Source: Acutalibacteraceae bacterium (lineage in GTDB: Bacteria; Bacillota; Clostridia; Christensenellales; CAG-138). Taken from it: a DNA stretch of 64,000 bases. The position numbers and the translations under genes are program-made. Below, piece by piece: positions 37,637 to 47,545 of this stretch (position 1 is the first letter of the stretch; each line of letters opens with the position of its first letter). Below the pieces are notes generated by a model. It was given only the letters and a program-made list of their open reading frames with translations, was not told the DNA's origin and did no database searches. The stretch is taken from NCBI GenBank assembly GCA_963640685.1, contig CAVIAA010000004.1, forward strand, positions 543-64,542. The letters are read 5' to 3'.

Positions 37637-38341
37637 TTATTTAAGCCGCTGTGAACCCGCGGGCTCTGCGGCAAAGACCGTCAGCACGCCGCCTGATACA
37701 GAAAAGCGTATATCGAGGCCGGAAAACTCCAGCCCGTAGGGTTCGCCGTCCGCCTGATATGCGGGGCGGGGATCCTGCGAGAGCGCCTCTATAAGCGCCG
37801 CGCGCTTCTGCTCAGGAACGCGGCAGAGCAGCTCATCTGGAAACTGCACCTCAAGCCGCTTGTTCAGCTTTTCCCCGGCAAAGCCGCTCCTTGCCTCCGG
37901 GTGGCTGTCGGTAAACGGCAGATACGGCTTTATGTCGTATATCGGCGAGCCGTCCATGAGGTCTGCGCCGCGAACCAGCAGCACGGTGCCCAGCCCCGCC
38001 CGCTTTTCCGCCCGAATAAGCTCCACGGAGGACAGCCCTATCGGGTTCGGCCGGTACGGCGAGCGGGTCGCAAACACCCCCATGCGGGTGTTTCCGCCGA
38101 GGCGGGGCGGCTTGACCGTTGGCCGCCAGCCCTGCCGCTCAACCCTTGAAAAGCCCCAGAGCAGCCACAAATGGGAATACCCCTCGATGCCGCGCAGCGC
38201 GTTTGCGTCGCGGTATTCCGGCTCAAATATTATCTCGGAGGTCTGCCCCGCGCCGAGGCCGCTCTGCCTCGGTATGCCGAACTTCTCGGTAAAGTCGCTT
38301 TTTATCCGCGCAACAACGCTAAGCTCAAAGGTATCTGCCAT
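37637..38341 (-). CDS. trmO: tRNA (t6A37-N6)-methyltransferase TrmO/TsaA family
   Basis: VARIKSDFTEKFGIPRQSG, YSHLWLLWGF, RSPYRPNPIGLS. The start is uncertain (ATG 38341 or 38389). Confidence 0.8.
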   Translation of the reverse strand: MADTFELSVVARIKSDFTEKFGIPRQSGLGAGQTSEIIFEPEYRDANALRGIEGYSHLWLLWGFSRVERQGWRPTVKPPRLGGNTRMGVFATRSPYRPNPIGLSSVELIRAEKRAGLGTVLLVRGADLMDGSPIYDIKPYLPFTDSHPEARSGFAGEKLNKRLEVQFPDELLCRVPEQKRAALIEALSQDPRPAYQADGEPYGLEFSGLDIRFSVSGGVLTVFAAEPAGSQRLK

Positions 38342-38403
38342 GGTAAACCGAAAAATGCCCGTCCCTTCGTTGTGAAGTATTACGGGCATTATTATATCAC
38401 ACT

Positions 38404-39273
38404 CTATATGTTCCTGTCGCTGCCCATAAAGAACAGCGCAACGGTATCCGGCCCTACGTGGCTGCCGGTGACCGGCTCGTAGCAAACTGTCATTATGCCC
38501 TTTGGCGGGGCTGCGCGGTTTATAAGCGAAATAAGGTAGTTTGCGTCCTCCAGGCAGTCCGCATGCGCAATGCCTATCACCTGCTGCTCAGGGTCAACGG
38601 CGTGCTCGGCGTATCTGTCCGCAAGCGCCTTCAGCGAGGAGCGGCGGCCGCGCACCTTTGCGCAGCAGACTATCTTGCCCTCGTCGTCCCCCTTGAGTAT
38701 CGGCCTTATATCCAGCGCCGCGCCTATGAACGCCTTTACGTTGGATATCCTGCCGGTTCGGGCAAGGTGGCGTATATCCCCGACCGTAAACACCTGATCC
38801 ATCCTGAACCGCTCCGAAAGCAGCGTATCCGCAATTTCGTCCAGCCCTGCGCCGGCGTTTTTCATCTCCCGCGCCCTCAGCACGAGTATGCCCTCGCCGA
38901 GAGATGCGCTCAGGGTATCCACAAGGCGAATTTTTCTTTCGGGGTAAAGCTCGCGCAGCTCCCGCGCCGCGCTCTCCGCGGAGTGATACGAGCCGCTTAT
39001 GCCGGAGGACATGCCGACGTAGAGCAAATCCTGCCCGCTTTCCAGTATCGGGGTAAACACCTCTTTATACATATGCGGCGTCACCTGCGAGGTAACGGCA
39101 ATCGCGCCGTTTCTTATCGCGCCGTAATACGCCGCGCCGTCAAAGCTGTCGGGCGGCGGGCAGTGCAGGCTCTCGGAGCCTGTGGAATAGCTGAACGGAG
39201 CGACGGTTATATCGTCTATGCCCAGCGCACTGTAATCCAGATTGGCGGATGAGTCGGTAACAATTGCAAACAT
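38404..39273 (-). CDS. DegV family fatty-acid-binding protein
   Basis: MFAIVTDSSANL...TSQ...SSGISGSY pattern typical of DegV. Confidence 0.88.
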   Translation of the reverse strand: MFAIVTDSSANLDYSALGIDDITVAPFSYSTGSESLHCPPPDSFDGAAYYGAIRNGAIAVTSQVTPHMYKEVFTPILESGQDLLYVGMSSGISGSYHSAESAARELRELYPERKIRLVDTLSASLGEGILVLRAREMKNAGAGLDEIADTLLSERFRMDQVFTVGDIRHLARTGRISNVKAFIGAALDIRPILKGDDEGKIVCCAKVRGRRSSLKALADRYAEHAVDPEQQVIGIAHADCLEDANYLISLINRAAPPKGIMTVCYEPVTGSHVGPDTVALFFMGSDRNI

Positions 39274-39414
39274 ATTGCGCCTCCAGTAATCTAATATGCA
39301 ATATTATATTAGCGCATACGTCATAAAGCGTCAAGCGGTATATAATAAAGTATCGTTGCGGGAATGTGAATTTAATGGTAAAATGGCGTATATTAAAGAA
39401 AAGGAGAATGGCTC

Positions 39415-40050
39415 TTGGCATACGATAAGGAGCTTATCGCGGGCAAGCTGCGCCGCTGGGACAAATACCTGACCGGCTTTCGCCTGCCGGAATGGGAGAG
39501 CATACCCGACATGGGACTGTATATGGAGCAGACGGTCGCGCTGCTCAGGCAGTATATAGACTACCTGCCGCCGGAGATGAAGGGCGGGCAGGTCATAACC
39601 GCAACGGCCATAAACAACTACATCCGGCTAAAGCTGATGCCGCGGCCGGTAAAGCGGCGGTACTACCGCGAGCACATCGCTTACCTTATTATAATATGTA
39701 CGCTCAAGCAGAACCTGAGCCTCTCGATGCTGCCGAAAATAATACCGACCGGCATGACCCGCGACGAGGTTCGGGAGGTATACACCGCCTACGCAAAACG
39801 GCACGCCATGGCGGCGCGCTACTTCGTTGAGCAGGTCAGGAGCCTCGCAGCGCCGATACTTGAAAACGGGCAGGAGAGCGAGCTTTCAACCGGCGACACA
39901 GGGGAGATGATAATCACCTCCGCCATCATGGGCAGCTTTGCAAGGCTGCTTTCCGAAAAGCTGATACCGCTGGACGACCGAACGCTTGCAAACGGCGGCA
40001 GCATCGAAGACCCGCCGGCACGGAATCAGGCCGCGTCGCCGGAATACTGA
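39415..40050 (+). CDS. DUF1836 domain protein
   Basis: TTG start. LPEWESIPDMGLYMEQTVALL...ITATAINNYIRLKLMPRPVKRRY...HIAYLIIICTLKQ. Confidence 0.75.
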   Translation: MAYDKELIAGKLRRWDKYLTGFRLPEWESIPDMGLYMEQTVALLRQYIDYLPPEMKGGQVITATAINNYIRLKLMPRPVKRRYYREHIAYLIIICTLKQNLSLSMLPKIIPTGMTRDEVREVYTAYAKRHAMAARYFVEQVRSLAAPILENGQESELSTGDTGEMIITSAIMGSFARLLSEKLIPLDDRTLANGGSIEDPPARNQAASPEY

Positions 40051-40901
40051 CGCTTTACGATATACACGCCGGCTATAACGACCGCCATTCCGCAAAGCTC
40101 CATGAGCGTGAGCCGCTCGCCAAAGAGCACAAAGGAGTATATCGCCGCAAAGACCGGCTCGGAAAGGCATATGACCGAGGAAAGGTTAACGTTTATCCTG
40201 CTCTGGCAGTGCGCAAGCAGGTTCTGGCCTATCACCTGAACCGCAAAGGTCATGCCGAGTATCGGCCACAGCTCGCCAAAGCTGCGCGGCACGGCAAACC
40301 CCTCAACGGCGCAGCCGACGATGAGCAGCCCAATCAGGGTGGATATGGTGCAGACGAACATTATCGCGCTGGAGGGTATCCTGCCGCTTTCGCGGTAGAT
40401 GATGAGCATATAGGTCGAATAGAAGAAGCAGGCGAGGAACGCCAGCGCGTCCCCCTTGTAGCCGGAGGCGCCGCCCTCCGCCTTGCCGAGCATAAGCAGC
40501 ACGAGGCCGGCCACCGCAACGGCGAGCCCAGGCAGGAACAGCCTCGGCAGCTTCTCCTTAAACATAAAGTAAGACACCGGAACTATCACAAACGGTGTAA
40601 GGTTTACCAGCAGCGTCGCGTTTGCAACCGAGGTATAGCCAAAGGAAACATTAAAGAACGCAACGTCCCCCGCGAGCATAAAGCCCGCCGCAAGCAGCGT
40701 TATCCAGTCCTTTTTTGTGAGCAGCGGCAGCTCTCTGCGGCACATCAGATACAGCACCGGCAGCGCGAACACGCAGCGCCACATGCCCGCGATTATCGGC
40801 GATATAACGCTGTAGCGCACGAAAATGCCCGAGCCGGCGAGGAATGCCATTGAAAGCAGCTCCAGCAGCACATACTTCGTTTCGTTTTGACGGGATCCCA
40901 T
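40026..40901 (-). CDS. DMT-superfamily (EamA) transporter
   Basis: 10-TM protein with two EamA-like halves. The 3' end overlaps the convergent DUF1836 gene by 25 nt. Confidence 0.8.
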   Translation of the reverse strand: MGSRQNETKYVLLELLSMAFLAGSGIFVRYSVISPIIAGMWRCVFALPVLYLMCRRELPLLTKKDWITLLAAGFMLAGDVAFFNVSFGYTSVANATLLVNLTPFVIVPVSYFMFKEKLPRLFLPGLAVAVAGLVLLMLGKAEGGASGYKGDALAFLACFFYSTYMLIIYRESGRIPSSAIMFVCTISTLIGLLIVGCAVEGFAVPRSFGELWPILGMTFAVQVIGQNLLAHCQSRINVNLSSVICLSEPVFAAIYSFVLFGERLTLMELCGMAVVIAGVYIVKRQYSGDAA

Positions 40902-41010
40902 AGTTTTTAATGCCTCTCATTGTGTGTTTATATTCTTTGCGTATGCGGACGGGTTCATTCTGCAAAAGCCAATATATTCTAACACACAATGCGGCAAATT
41001 TACATCTTTT

Positions 41011-41637
41011 TTACTCGCCGAAGAAGCGCTTTTTGTAGTAGCTCTCGGCTATGTATATCGCGGCGAGCGGGTTGTGCCCGGTCACCCTGTCCTTAACCGC
41101 AAGCACGGTCGCGGGCGCCTCAAGGTACTTCATAACGAGGCTGTCGTGCCCGACGCAGAGGCCGAGTATTATGTTGAGCTCTGTGTTTTCGGAGTTCATA
41201 AGCAGCGCCTGCCCTATCGGGTTGCACATTATCTCATCTGCGCAGCCGGAGAGGGTCTCCCCGTCGCTTATGCCTATCGTGGACTTGGGGTCAACGCCGT
41301 TTTTGCATACCGCTGAGACCACCTCAAAGCCGTTGTGCCTGAGTATTTTGCTGACCTCCCGCGCTTCGCTGGAAAAGCCGACGCAGAACACCAGCCCGAG
41401 CTTATGAAAGCCGCACTTTTTGCAGAAGAGCATTATCTCCTCCATTCGGCACAGCCTGCCATACCCCTCCGCCTCAACCAGCGCGGCGTTATGCGCCAGC
41501 TTGTAGTTCTCCTCCTCGCCGTACAGCTCCCGCGCCTCCGCCTGAAGCTCCTCGTCCCTGCTTGGGCAGCAGCTCATAGCGTCCTTGATGTCGTTTACCT
41601 GACAGCCGTGGCTTGCACATTCGGCACATTTTATCAT
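41011..41637 (-). CDS. DUF1847 domain protein (Cys-rich)
   Basis: MIKCAECASHGC...CCPS N-terminus and the FCKKCGFHKLGLVFCVG block, typical of DUF1847. Confidence 0.75.
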   Translation of the reverse strand: MIKCAECASHGCQVNDIKDAMSCCPSRDEELQAEARELYGEEENYKLAHNAALVEAEGYGRLCRMEEIMLFCKKCGFHKLGLVFCVGFSSEAREVSKILRHNGFEVVSAVCKNGVDPKSTIGISDGETLSGCADEIMCNPIGQALLMNSENTELNIILGLCVGHDSLVMKYLEAPATVLAVKDRVTGHNPLAAIYIAESYYKKRFFGE

Positions 41638-41667
41638 ATCGTTATTCTCCTTTTTTGTTTTTCCCCT

Positions 41668-42339
41668 TTACAGCTTTCTCGCCCGGTAATCCTCCATCGT
41701 TCGGGCAAACAGCTCCTTGGTTGTCGGCGGGGTGTAGCTTATCGAGTTTGCGCCCGCCTCGATCGTCCTTGCAATGCTCTCGGGCGTTGGCCCGCCGGTC
41801 GCGATTATCGGCACCGTCGGGAATTTTTTGCGTATCGTGCGTACCAGCTCCGGCGTTTGCGCCGCGGCGGATACGTTCAAAATCGATACCCCCGCATCCA
41901 GCCGCGCCTGAATATCGCTGTTTTCGCTCGGCACGGTCGCTATCACGGGTATGTCTATTGCGGCGGCGATGTCGCGTATTATCTCGTTTGGCATGGGTGC
42001 GTTGACGACGACGCCATAGGCGCCCTGCGCCTCAGCGTCCCACGCGAGGCGAACCGAGCGCTGCCCGCCGGTCATTCCGCCGCCGACCCCGCAAAGCACC
42101 GGTATGCTGGAGGCCTGAATTATGGCGTGAGATATCGCCTGCTGCGGGGTAAAGGGGTACACCGCCAGCACCGCGTCCGCGTTGCAGTTGCGTATTATCG
42201 CAATGTCGGTCGTAAATACCAGCGACTTTACCCGCCGGCCGAGCAGAACTATGCCGCTGCACTTCCATACCTCCTGCGGGAGCTTGATTATATGCGATCT
42301 AAGGTCGCCGGTTATATGCGGCAGATGCCGTTCTTCCAT
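41668..42339 (-). CDS. TIM-barrel-like protein of uncertain function
   Basis: Alternating beta/alpha pattern with VLCGVGGG and IIATGGP phosphate-binding-like loops. ATG 42339 follows AGGAAGGAG. I cannot assign a family by eye. Confidence 0.45.
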   Translation of the reverse strand: MEERHLPHITGDLRSHIIKLPQEVWKCSGIVLLGRRVKSLVFTTDIAIIRNCNADAVLAVYPFTPQQAISHAIIQASSIPVLCGVGGGMTGGQRSVRLAWDAEAQGAYGVVVNAPMPNEIIRDIAAAIDIPVIATVPSENSDIQARLDAGVSILNVSAAAQTPELVRTIRKKFPTVPIIATGGPTPESIARTIEAGANSISYTPPTTKELFARTMEDYRARKL

Positions 42340-42549
42340 GTTTTCAGTGCGCTCCTTCCTGTTTTGCTTCCTGCTTTTTTGCCTTTTGCTTTTACGAAAT
42401 GCCTTCAAAAAAAATTATACACGGCGACCGCTCCCCTCTTCAAGCAAAAAGCATTATTTTTACGCTATCTTAACCCCTTCCCCCTTTGATATATTGCAAA
42501 AAATGTTATAACATAATATAAATCATACAAACTGGCGGGGGAACGGGCT

Positions 42550-43386
42550 ATGGAGATGATAAACAAGCGGGGATACCTGAGGGAGGATTTCAGGCTGTTC
42601 CATACGAGGGATCAGGTGGAGCTTGAATTGGGCTATCACTACCACGAGTTTGACAAAATAGTCGTGTTCATGACCGGCAGCGTTACCTATGTCGTTGAGG
42701 GCAAGGCGTATTTTCTGAAGCCGTGGGATATACTTTTAGTTCCGCACAACCAGATACACCGGCCGATAATCGACCCGAGCGAGCCGTATGAGCGCATAAT
42801 ACTCTGGATAAACGCGGATTATTTGCAGAAGAACTGCCTTGACGGCGACGACCTGCGCAGCTGCTTTACCGCGGCGGAGCAGAAGAGCTTTGGCCTGATA
42901 CGCCCCGAGAGCGGGGACAGGGTGACACTCATGAAGCAGCTCAACACCGTTGAGTCCGCAATGGCCTCGCGCGAGTTTGGGCACGAGCTGCTGAGCCGAA
43001 CGACGTTTTTGCAGTTTATGGTCGATCTCAACAGGATAGCGATAAAGGATCACACCTCAATGGTGCAGGAGGCGTTCCGCAGCGACCCGAAGCTGGAGGA
43101 GATAATCGCCTACGTAAACGCAAACCTCGACAAGGACCTGACGCTCGGCTCGATCGCCCGGCGGTTCTATATGAGCAAATCCTATCTGATGCATAAATTC
43201 AAGGAGATGACCGGTTACAGCGCACACAGGTACATTCAGCAGAAGCGGCTCATTCAGGCGGCGGAGCTCATAAAAGAGGGCGTGCCGGTGGTCGAAGCGG
43301 GTCAGCGCAGCGGCTACGGCGACTACTCCGCCTTCCTCCGCGCCTTCAAAAAGTTCTACGGCGTCAATCCGAGCGATGTGGGGTAG
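42550..43386 (+). CDS. AraC-family transcriptional regulator (cupin + HTH)
   Basis: N-terminal cupin (HYHEFDKIVVF). C-terminal HTH YLMHKFKEMTGYSAHRYIQQKRL...SGYGDYSAFLRAFKKFYG. Confidence 0.88.
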   Translation: MEMINKRGYLREDFRLFHTRDQVELELGYHYHEFDKIVVFMTGSVTYVVEGKAYFLKPWDILLVPHNQIHRPIIDPSEPYERIILWINADYLQKNCLDGDDLRSCFTAAEQKSFGLIRPESGDRVTLMKQLNTVESAMASREFGHELLSRTTFLQFMVDLNRIAIKDHTSMVQEAFRSDPKLEEIIAYVNANLDKDLTLGSIARRFYMSKSYLMHKFKEMTGYSAHRYIQQKRLIQAAELIKEGVPVVEAGQRSGYGDYSAFLRAFKKFYGVNPSDVG

Positions 43387-43698
43387 TGTATGGGCAAGCC
43401 GATTTTTGGCGGAAGCCCCGCTAACCGGGCTTTAAGCTGATAAAGCTCCGGCATTCCTCCGCTTCCCGCCACCTTTATATTTGTTTCATTTCTTATTGAT
43501 TGCCCTCCCTTTTGCAGCTTCCCCGCCCTTTTCCGTCAAAAAAATATCATAAGTTACATAACCCCGTTAAGCAATTTATACGCCATTTTACGTCTATATA
43601 CGCTCCTTTGCGGCGCGGATACTTCTGTGTCTGACATAAAAGCCGTAAATTCGGGAGGTTTTGAGAAAAATATTTGAATCTGCTGTGACTAAATGTAT

Positions 43699-43727
43699 TG
43701 ACGGCTTATATAAATCGTGCTAAAATC
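43699..43727 (+). promoter_or_regulatory. Sigma-A promoter TTGACG-17-TAAAAT for the alanine/glycine symporter gene
   Basis: -35 at 43699-43704 and -10 at 43722-43727, giving a leader of about 110 nt before ATG 43847. Confidence 0.55.
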
Positions 43728-43846
43728 TTAGCGTAAAGAATAGCTATATTTACATTTTTCTAACCTCAGATGAAGGGAACGCACTGCAAAGATTCAAAAC
43801 CACTCAAAAAAACTCGAAAAGGATTAAATGTGAAAGGGGAAAATCT

Positions 43847-45253
43847 ATGGAGCTTCTGTTAAAGGTAAATTCCTTCCTTAACGGCGTCGTTTGGGGCTGG
43901 CCCTGCCTGATATTGCTGGTCGGCACCGGCGTGTACTACACATTCCGCACCGGCTTCGTTCAGTTCAGATGGTTCGGCTACATAATGAAGAACACCATCG
44001 GTAAGATATTTGAAAAGAAGGAGGCGGGGGAGGGCTCGGTAACGCCGTTTCAGGCGGTTTGCACCGCGCTTGCCGCAACCGTCGGAACCGGCAACATCGC
44101 GGGCGTGACGGGCGCTATCGCCCTCGGCGGCCCCGGCGCGGTGTTCTGGATGTGGGTATCCGCGCTGTTCGGAATGTGCACCAAGTTCGCCGAGGTGACG
44201 CTGGCGATTCACTTCCGCGAGCGCAACGACAAGGGCGACTGGGTCGGCGGGCCGATGTACTACATTTCAAAGGGACTCGGCAAGAGCTGGGCATGGCTCG
44301 GCATGCTGTTTGCACTGTTTGGAATGCTTGCGGCCTTCGGCATCGGCAACATGACCCAGATAAATTCCATCGTGACCTCGATTTCCGGCACAATAAACAG
44401 CTTTACGCCTGTCAATGAAAACACCGTTCACCTCGTCGTCGGCATAATAATCGCCGTTTTCAGCGCAATAGTGCTCATAGGCGGGCTGCAGCGAATCGGT
44501 CAGGTGACTGAAAAGCTGGTGCCGTTCATGGCGGTCGTGTACATCGTTTCGGCGCTTATAATCTTCTTCAGCCATATCGGCAGCCTCGGCGCGGTGCTGC
44601 GCAGCATATTTGTCGGCGCGTTCACCCCCTCTGCAATAGTCGGCGGCGCTGCGGGCGTGGGTATTTCCGCGGCAATAAAGCGCGGCGTTTCCCGCGGCGT
44701 TTTCTCAAACGAGGCCGGCCTCGGCTCGGCTCCGATAGCCCACGCGGCGGCGGATACCGACTCTGCGGTTCGTCAGGGCTGCTTCGGGGTGTTTGAGGTG
44801 TTTGCGGATACCATCGTCATCTGCACGCTCACAGCCTTGGCTGTGCTGATGTCCGGCACGCCGATAGAATACGGGCAGGCGGCCGGCGCGGATCTCACCA
44901 TCGCGGCGTTTTCCACCACCTTCGGCAGGTTCGGCGGCGTGATAATCTCGGTCGGCATAACCCTCTTTGCAACCTCGACCATACTTTCATGGTGTCTCTA
45001 CGGCACGCGCTGCGCGGAGTTCGTGTTCCGCAGCACAAAGGTGATAAAGCCGTATCAGGTGCTGTTCTGCATAGTCATAGTCATAGGCGCGGTAACCGAG
45101 ATGCAGCTGGTATGGGACATCGCGGACACCCTCAACGGCCTCATGGCGCTGCCCAACCTCGTCGGCCTGCTGGTGCTTTCTCCGCTGGTAATCCGCCTCT
45201 GCCGCGAATACTTCAACGGCGTCCGGCTTGGGCAGGGCAATGCTAAAAAGTAG
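43847..45253 (+). CDS. Alanine/glycine:cation symporter (AGCS) family
   Basis: FQAVCTALAATVGTGNIAGV signature. About 11 TM. Confidence 0.9.
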   Translation: MELLLKVNSFLNGVVWGWPCLILLVGTGVYYTFRTGFVQFRWFGYIMKNTIGKIFEKKEAGEGSVTPFQAVCTALAATVGTGNIAGVTGAIALGGPGAVFWMWVSALFGMCTKFAEVTLAIHFRERNDKGDWVGGPMYYISKGLGKSWAWLGMLFALFGMLAAFGIGNMTQINSIVTSISGTINSFTPVNENTVHLVVGIIIAVFSAIVLIGGLQRIGQVTEKLVPFMAVVYIVSALIIFFSHIGSLGAVLRSIFVGAFTPSAIVGGAAGVGISAAIKRGVSRGVFSNEAGLGSAPIAHAAADTDSAVRQGCFGVFEVFADTIVICTLTALAVLMSGTPIEYGQAAGADLTIAAFSTTFGRFGGVIISVGITLFATSTILSWCLYGTRCAEFVFRSTKVIKPYQVLFCIVIVIGAVTEMQLVWDIADTLNGLMALPNLVGLLVLSPLVIRLCREYFNGVRLGQGNAKK

Positions 45254-45451
45254 TACAGAATATAAAATATAACTTGATAGAAGAAAGATATATATGGAAT
45301 AATGCCGCCTTGGCGATGATAAGCCGGGGCGGCGTTGATTGCACACAACAAAAAAGGGCCGTATTTCTACGATCCTTTTGTTTTTATTGGGAGAGAGTAC
45401 TCTTTACTAATTGCAGTTGTTCCCTTTAGTTTTTTCACTTGTTCCAAAGCT

Positions 45452-47545
45452 CTACTCATCTTCACTTTCTTCGTCGGAGCCTTCAGAAACAACAGAAATA
45501 GAAAATGTCGACTGGTCAACGCCGTATTCTTTTAAGAGATTGTCAATAAAGTGCATAATGCCGGACGCAGAAAGATTAGCCTCTAGATAAATGCCTTCTT
45601 TTACATTCCATGGCAAGCGCATGCCATCAGGTGTTGTTGCTAAATGTGGATGCTTATTTTTCGTTGTATTGCAAGAGTATGTATGCGCTGCAAGCGTTTC
45701 CAACTTTCCAGGCATTTTTTTATCAAGCAGATTGATAACATCCAACAACATAAGAGCGTACTTATTTTGTCGGAAAGTTTCACCATCAAAACGGAAAGCA
45801 ACCAGTTTTTTATTGGTAACCTTATCACAGTCATCAAGCGTAATTTTAGTCAGATATTCAAACTCGATTCTGTCATCAACAACCTTTTCAATTGGATAAC
45901 GACTCATTACAATCGCCGCGAGGCGTTTGCTGCGGTTCTGAATATCTGCAATTGTCCATGTCTCTTTATCCCAGACATCTTTATTAAGGATAACAGCCTT
46001 AGAGTTCTCTTTGATGATTTTTCTCTTTTCAGCGAAGCTCTTATTGGAAAGCTCTGAATTATATCCGGTCACGGAGAGGTTGCCAAGGACATGCAGATAA
46101 GTCTCATGATCCTTCTCAGATATATAATGCCACTCAGCACTGAGCATCTGCGGCATAATATGCTCTATGGTCAGAGTATCAATGACTAATGTTTCTTTGC
46201 CGTCGCCATTCTCAATATCTGTAAGTAGAAATTTGCACAGAGCACTGTTGCCGTATACATTAGCCTGATTCAAAGCTCGATCAAATTCCGCATCGAAAGG
46301 AACAGCATCTTTGGTAGCAAGAGTGTAAAAGAACTTGTTTATGGCCTCATAATACTTTTTCTTGTTTGAGGTAACTTTAAATACGCGACTATAAAGATAG
46401 ATAAACATTCCGCGCAAACTGTTTGAAGGTATGCCGCATACCATGCGGCGTAGCAAATAGGAAAGAATAAACTTCAGAACTTTATCAAGTGTGTTTGCAT
46501 CTATAACGTCTTGCTCATAATCGTCGAAAATATGTAGCAGGAACGGGTAACATGTTGTCTGTTTTAATTGCCGCAGACTCCTGAGCGTTCTTCTGATAGA
46601 GGCAGGATATTTGGAGTCGTCATAAACAAACGCTCTAAAAATATCGGTGTAGTATTTGAGCTCCTTCAAACAGCTCTCCTGCGTATAACCATTGCTTTTG
46701 AAGAGCTGCACAAACTGTGCATATAGACGGTCGGTATTGACAGGAGCATTTGTTTTGTACACGATATATTGCATGAAGAACATATTGATATTGGTATAAT
46801 CATTGCTTTTCTTCAATGCTTTCTCAATGTACAGCCAATAATCCTCATACAGCGTCTCTTGGTTAGGAGCATTCATCAGCAGGAAGTTGCGTATCAGGTC
46901 AGCACTTGACAACTCAAGTCCGGTAGAGTTGATGCTTTCAAAAATAACCTGTGGGTCATCTTCGCCCTTTTTCAGAGATATATAGACTATCTCTAAGAGT
47001 TCCAAAGCTCTGAGAACAGAACCGGCGCTGATGCCAGACTGCACCCATTTTTCAATACGCTTGCGGCAAATATCGTAATTGAGCGCTATATGTCCCTCCG
47101 GGTCCAGCTCATCCTCTTTATCATTGAGTAAGGCGACAAACTGATCATTGTCCGACTTAATCGGTTTCAGCTTTACTTTGTATTCCTCGGCACAGTGTTT
47201 GTTGTGGAGATAGTCCTCCCGAATTTCGGCAACACAGTCGTCCTCACCATTTGCCGCAGCAACATCGGAGAGCGCTTTCAACAGTATCATCATGGTAGTC
47301 AGGCGCTGCTGCCCGTCGATGACAGTATAGGTTTGCAGCGAAAAGCTATGCTCCTTTGTGGACATAAAAACAATGGAGCCAAGAAAATGCTTATCGCCAG
47401 TATCTATTATGGTTTTGACATCATCCAAAAGGCAGTTACAATTTGCCTCCGACCAGTCATAGTTGCGCTGGTAAACTGGAATCTGGAAAAGAACTTTGTT
47501 TGTTCCGATAAATTCGCGTAGCATCCATAGTTTGCCTGCATCCAT
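45452..47545 (-). CDS. DUF262 + DUF1524 (GmrSD-like, putative type IV restriction) protein with extra C-terminal domain
   Basis: N-terminal FQIPVYQRNYDW...FLGSIVF...VIDGQQRLTT (DUF262). TIEHIMPQ...HVLGNLSVTGYNSELSNKSF (His-Me finger, DUF1524). A C-terminal extension of about 130 aa ends in SDEESEDE. G+C is markedly low. Confidence 0.85.
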   Translation of the reverse strand: MDAGKLWMLREFIGTNKVLFQIPVYQRNYDWSEANCNCLLDDVKTIIDTGDKHFLGSIVFMSTKEHSFSLQTYTVIDGQQRLTTMMILLKALSDVAAANGEDDCVAEIREDYLHNKHCAEEYKVKLKPIKSDNDQFVALLNDKEDELDPEGHIALNYDICRKRIEKWVQSGISAGSVLRALELLEIVYISLKKGEDDPQVIFESINSTGLELSSADLIRNFLLMNAPNQETLYEDYWLYIEKALKKSNDYTNINMFFMQYIVYKTNAPVNTDRLYAQFVQLFKSNGYTQESCLKELKYYTDIFRAFVYDDSKYPASIRRTLRSLRQLKQTTCYPFLLHIFDDYEQDVIDANTLDKVLKFILSYLLRRMVCGIPSNSLRGMFIYLYSRVFKVTSNKKKYYEAINKFFYTLATKDAVPFDAEFDRALNQANVYGNSALCKFLLTDIENGDGKETLVIDTLTIEHIMPQMLSAEWHYISEKDHETYLHVLGNLSVTGYNSELSNKSFAEKRKIIKENSKAVILNKDVWDKETWTIADIQNRSKRLAAIVMSRYPIEKVVDDRIEFEYLTKITLDDCDKVTNKKLVAFRFDGETFRQNKYALMLLDVINLLDKKMPGKLETLAAHTYSCNTTKNKHPHLATTPDGMRLPWNVKEGIYLEANLSASGIMHFIDNLLKEYGVDQSTFSISVVSEGSDEESEDE

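Noticed and set aside
43387-43846. Glycine (or other) riboswitch in the 460-bp region upstream of the alanine/glycine symporter
   Set aside because: I found a good promoter at 43699-43727. The resulting leader of about 110 nt lacks the conserved glycine-riboswitch core features I know (GGAGAG...CACCG type segments) and has no obvious terminator/antiterminator pair. This is not excluded, only unsupported.
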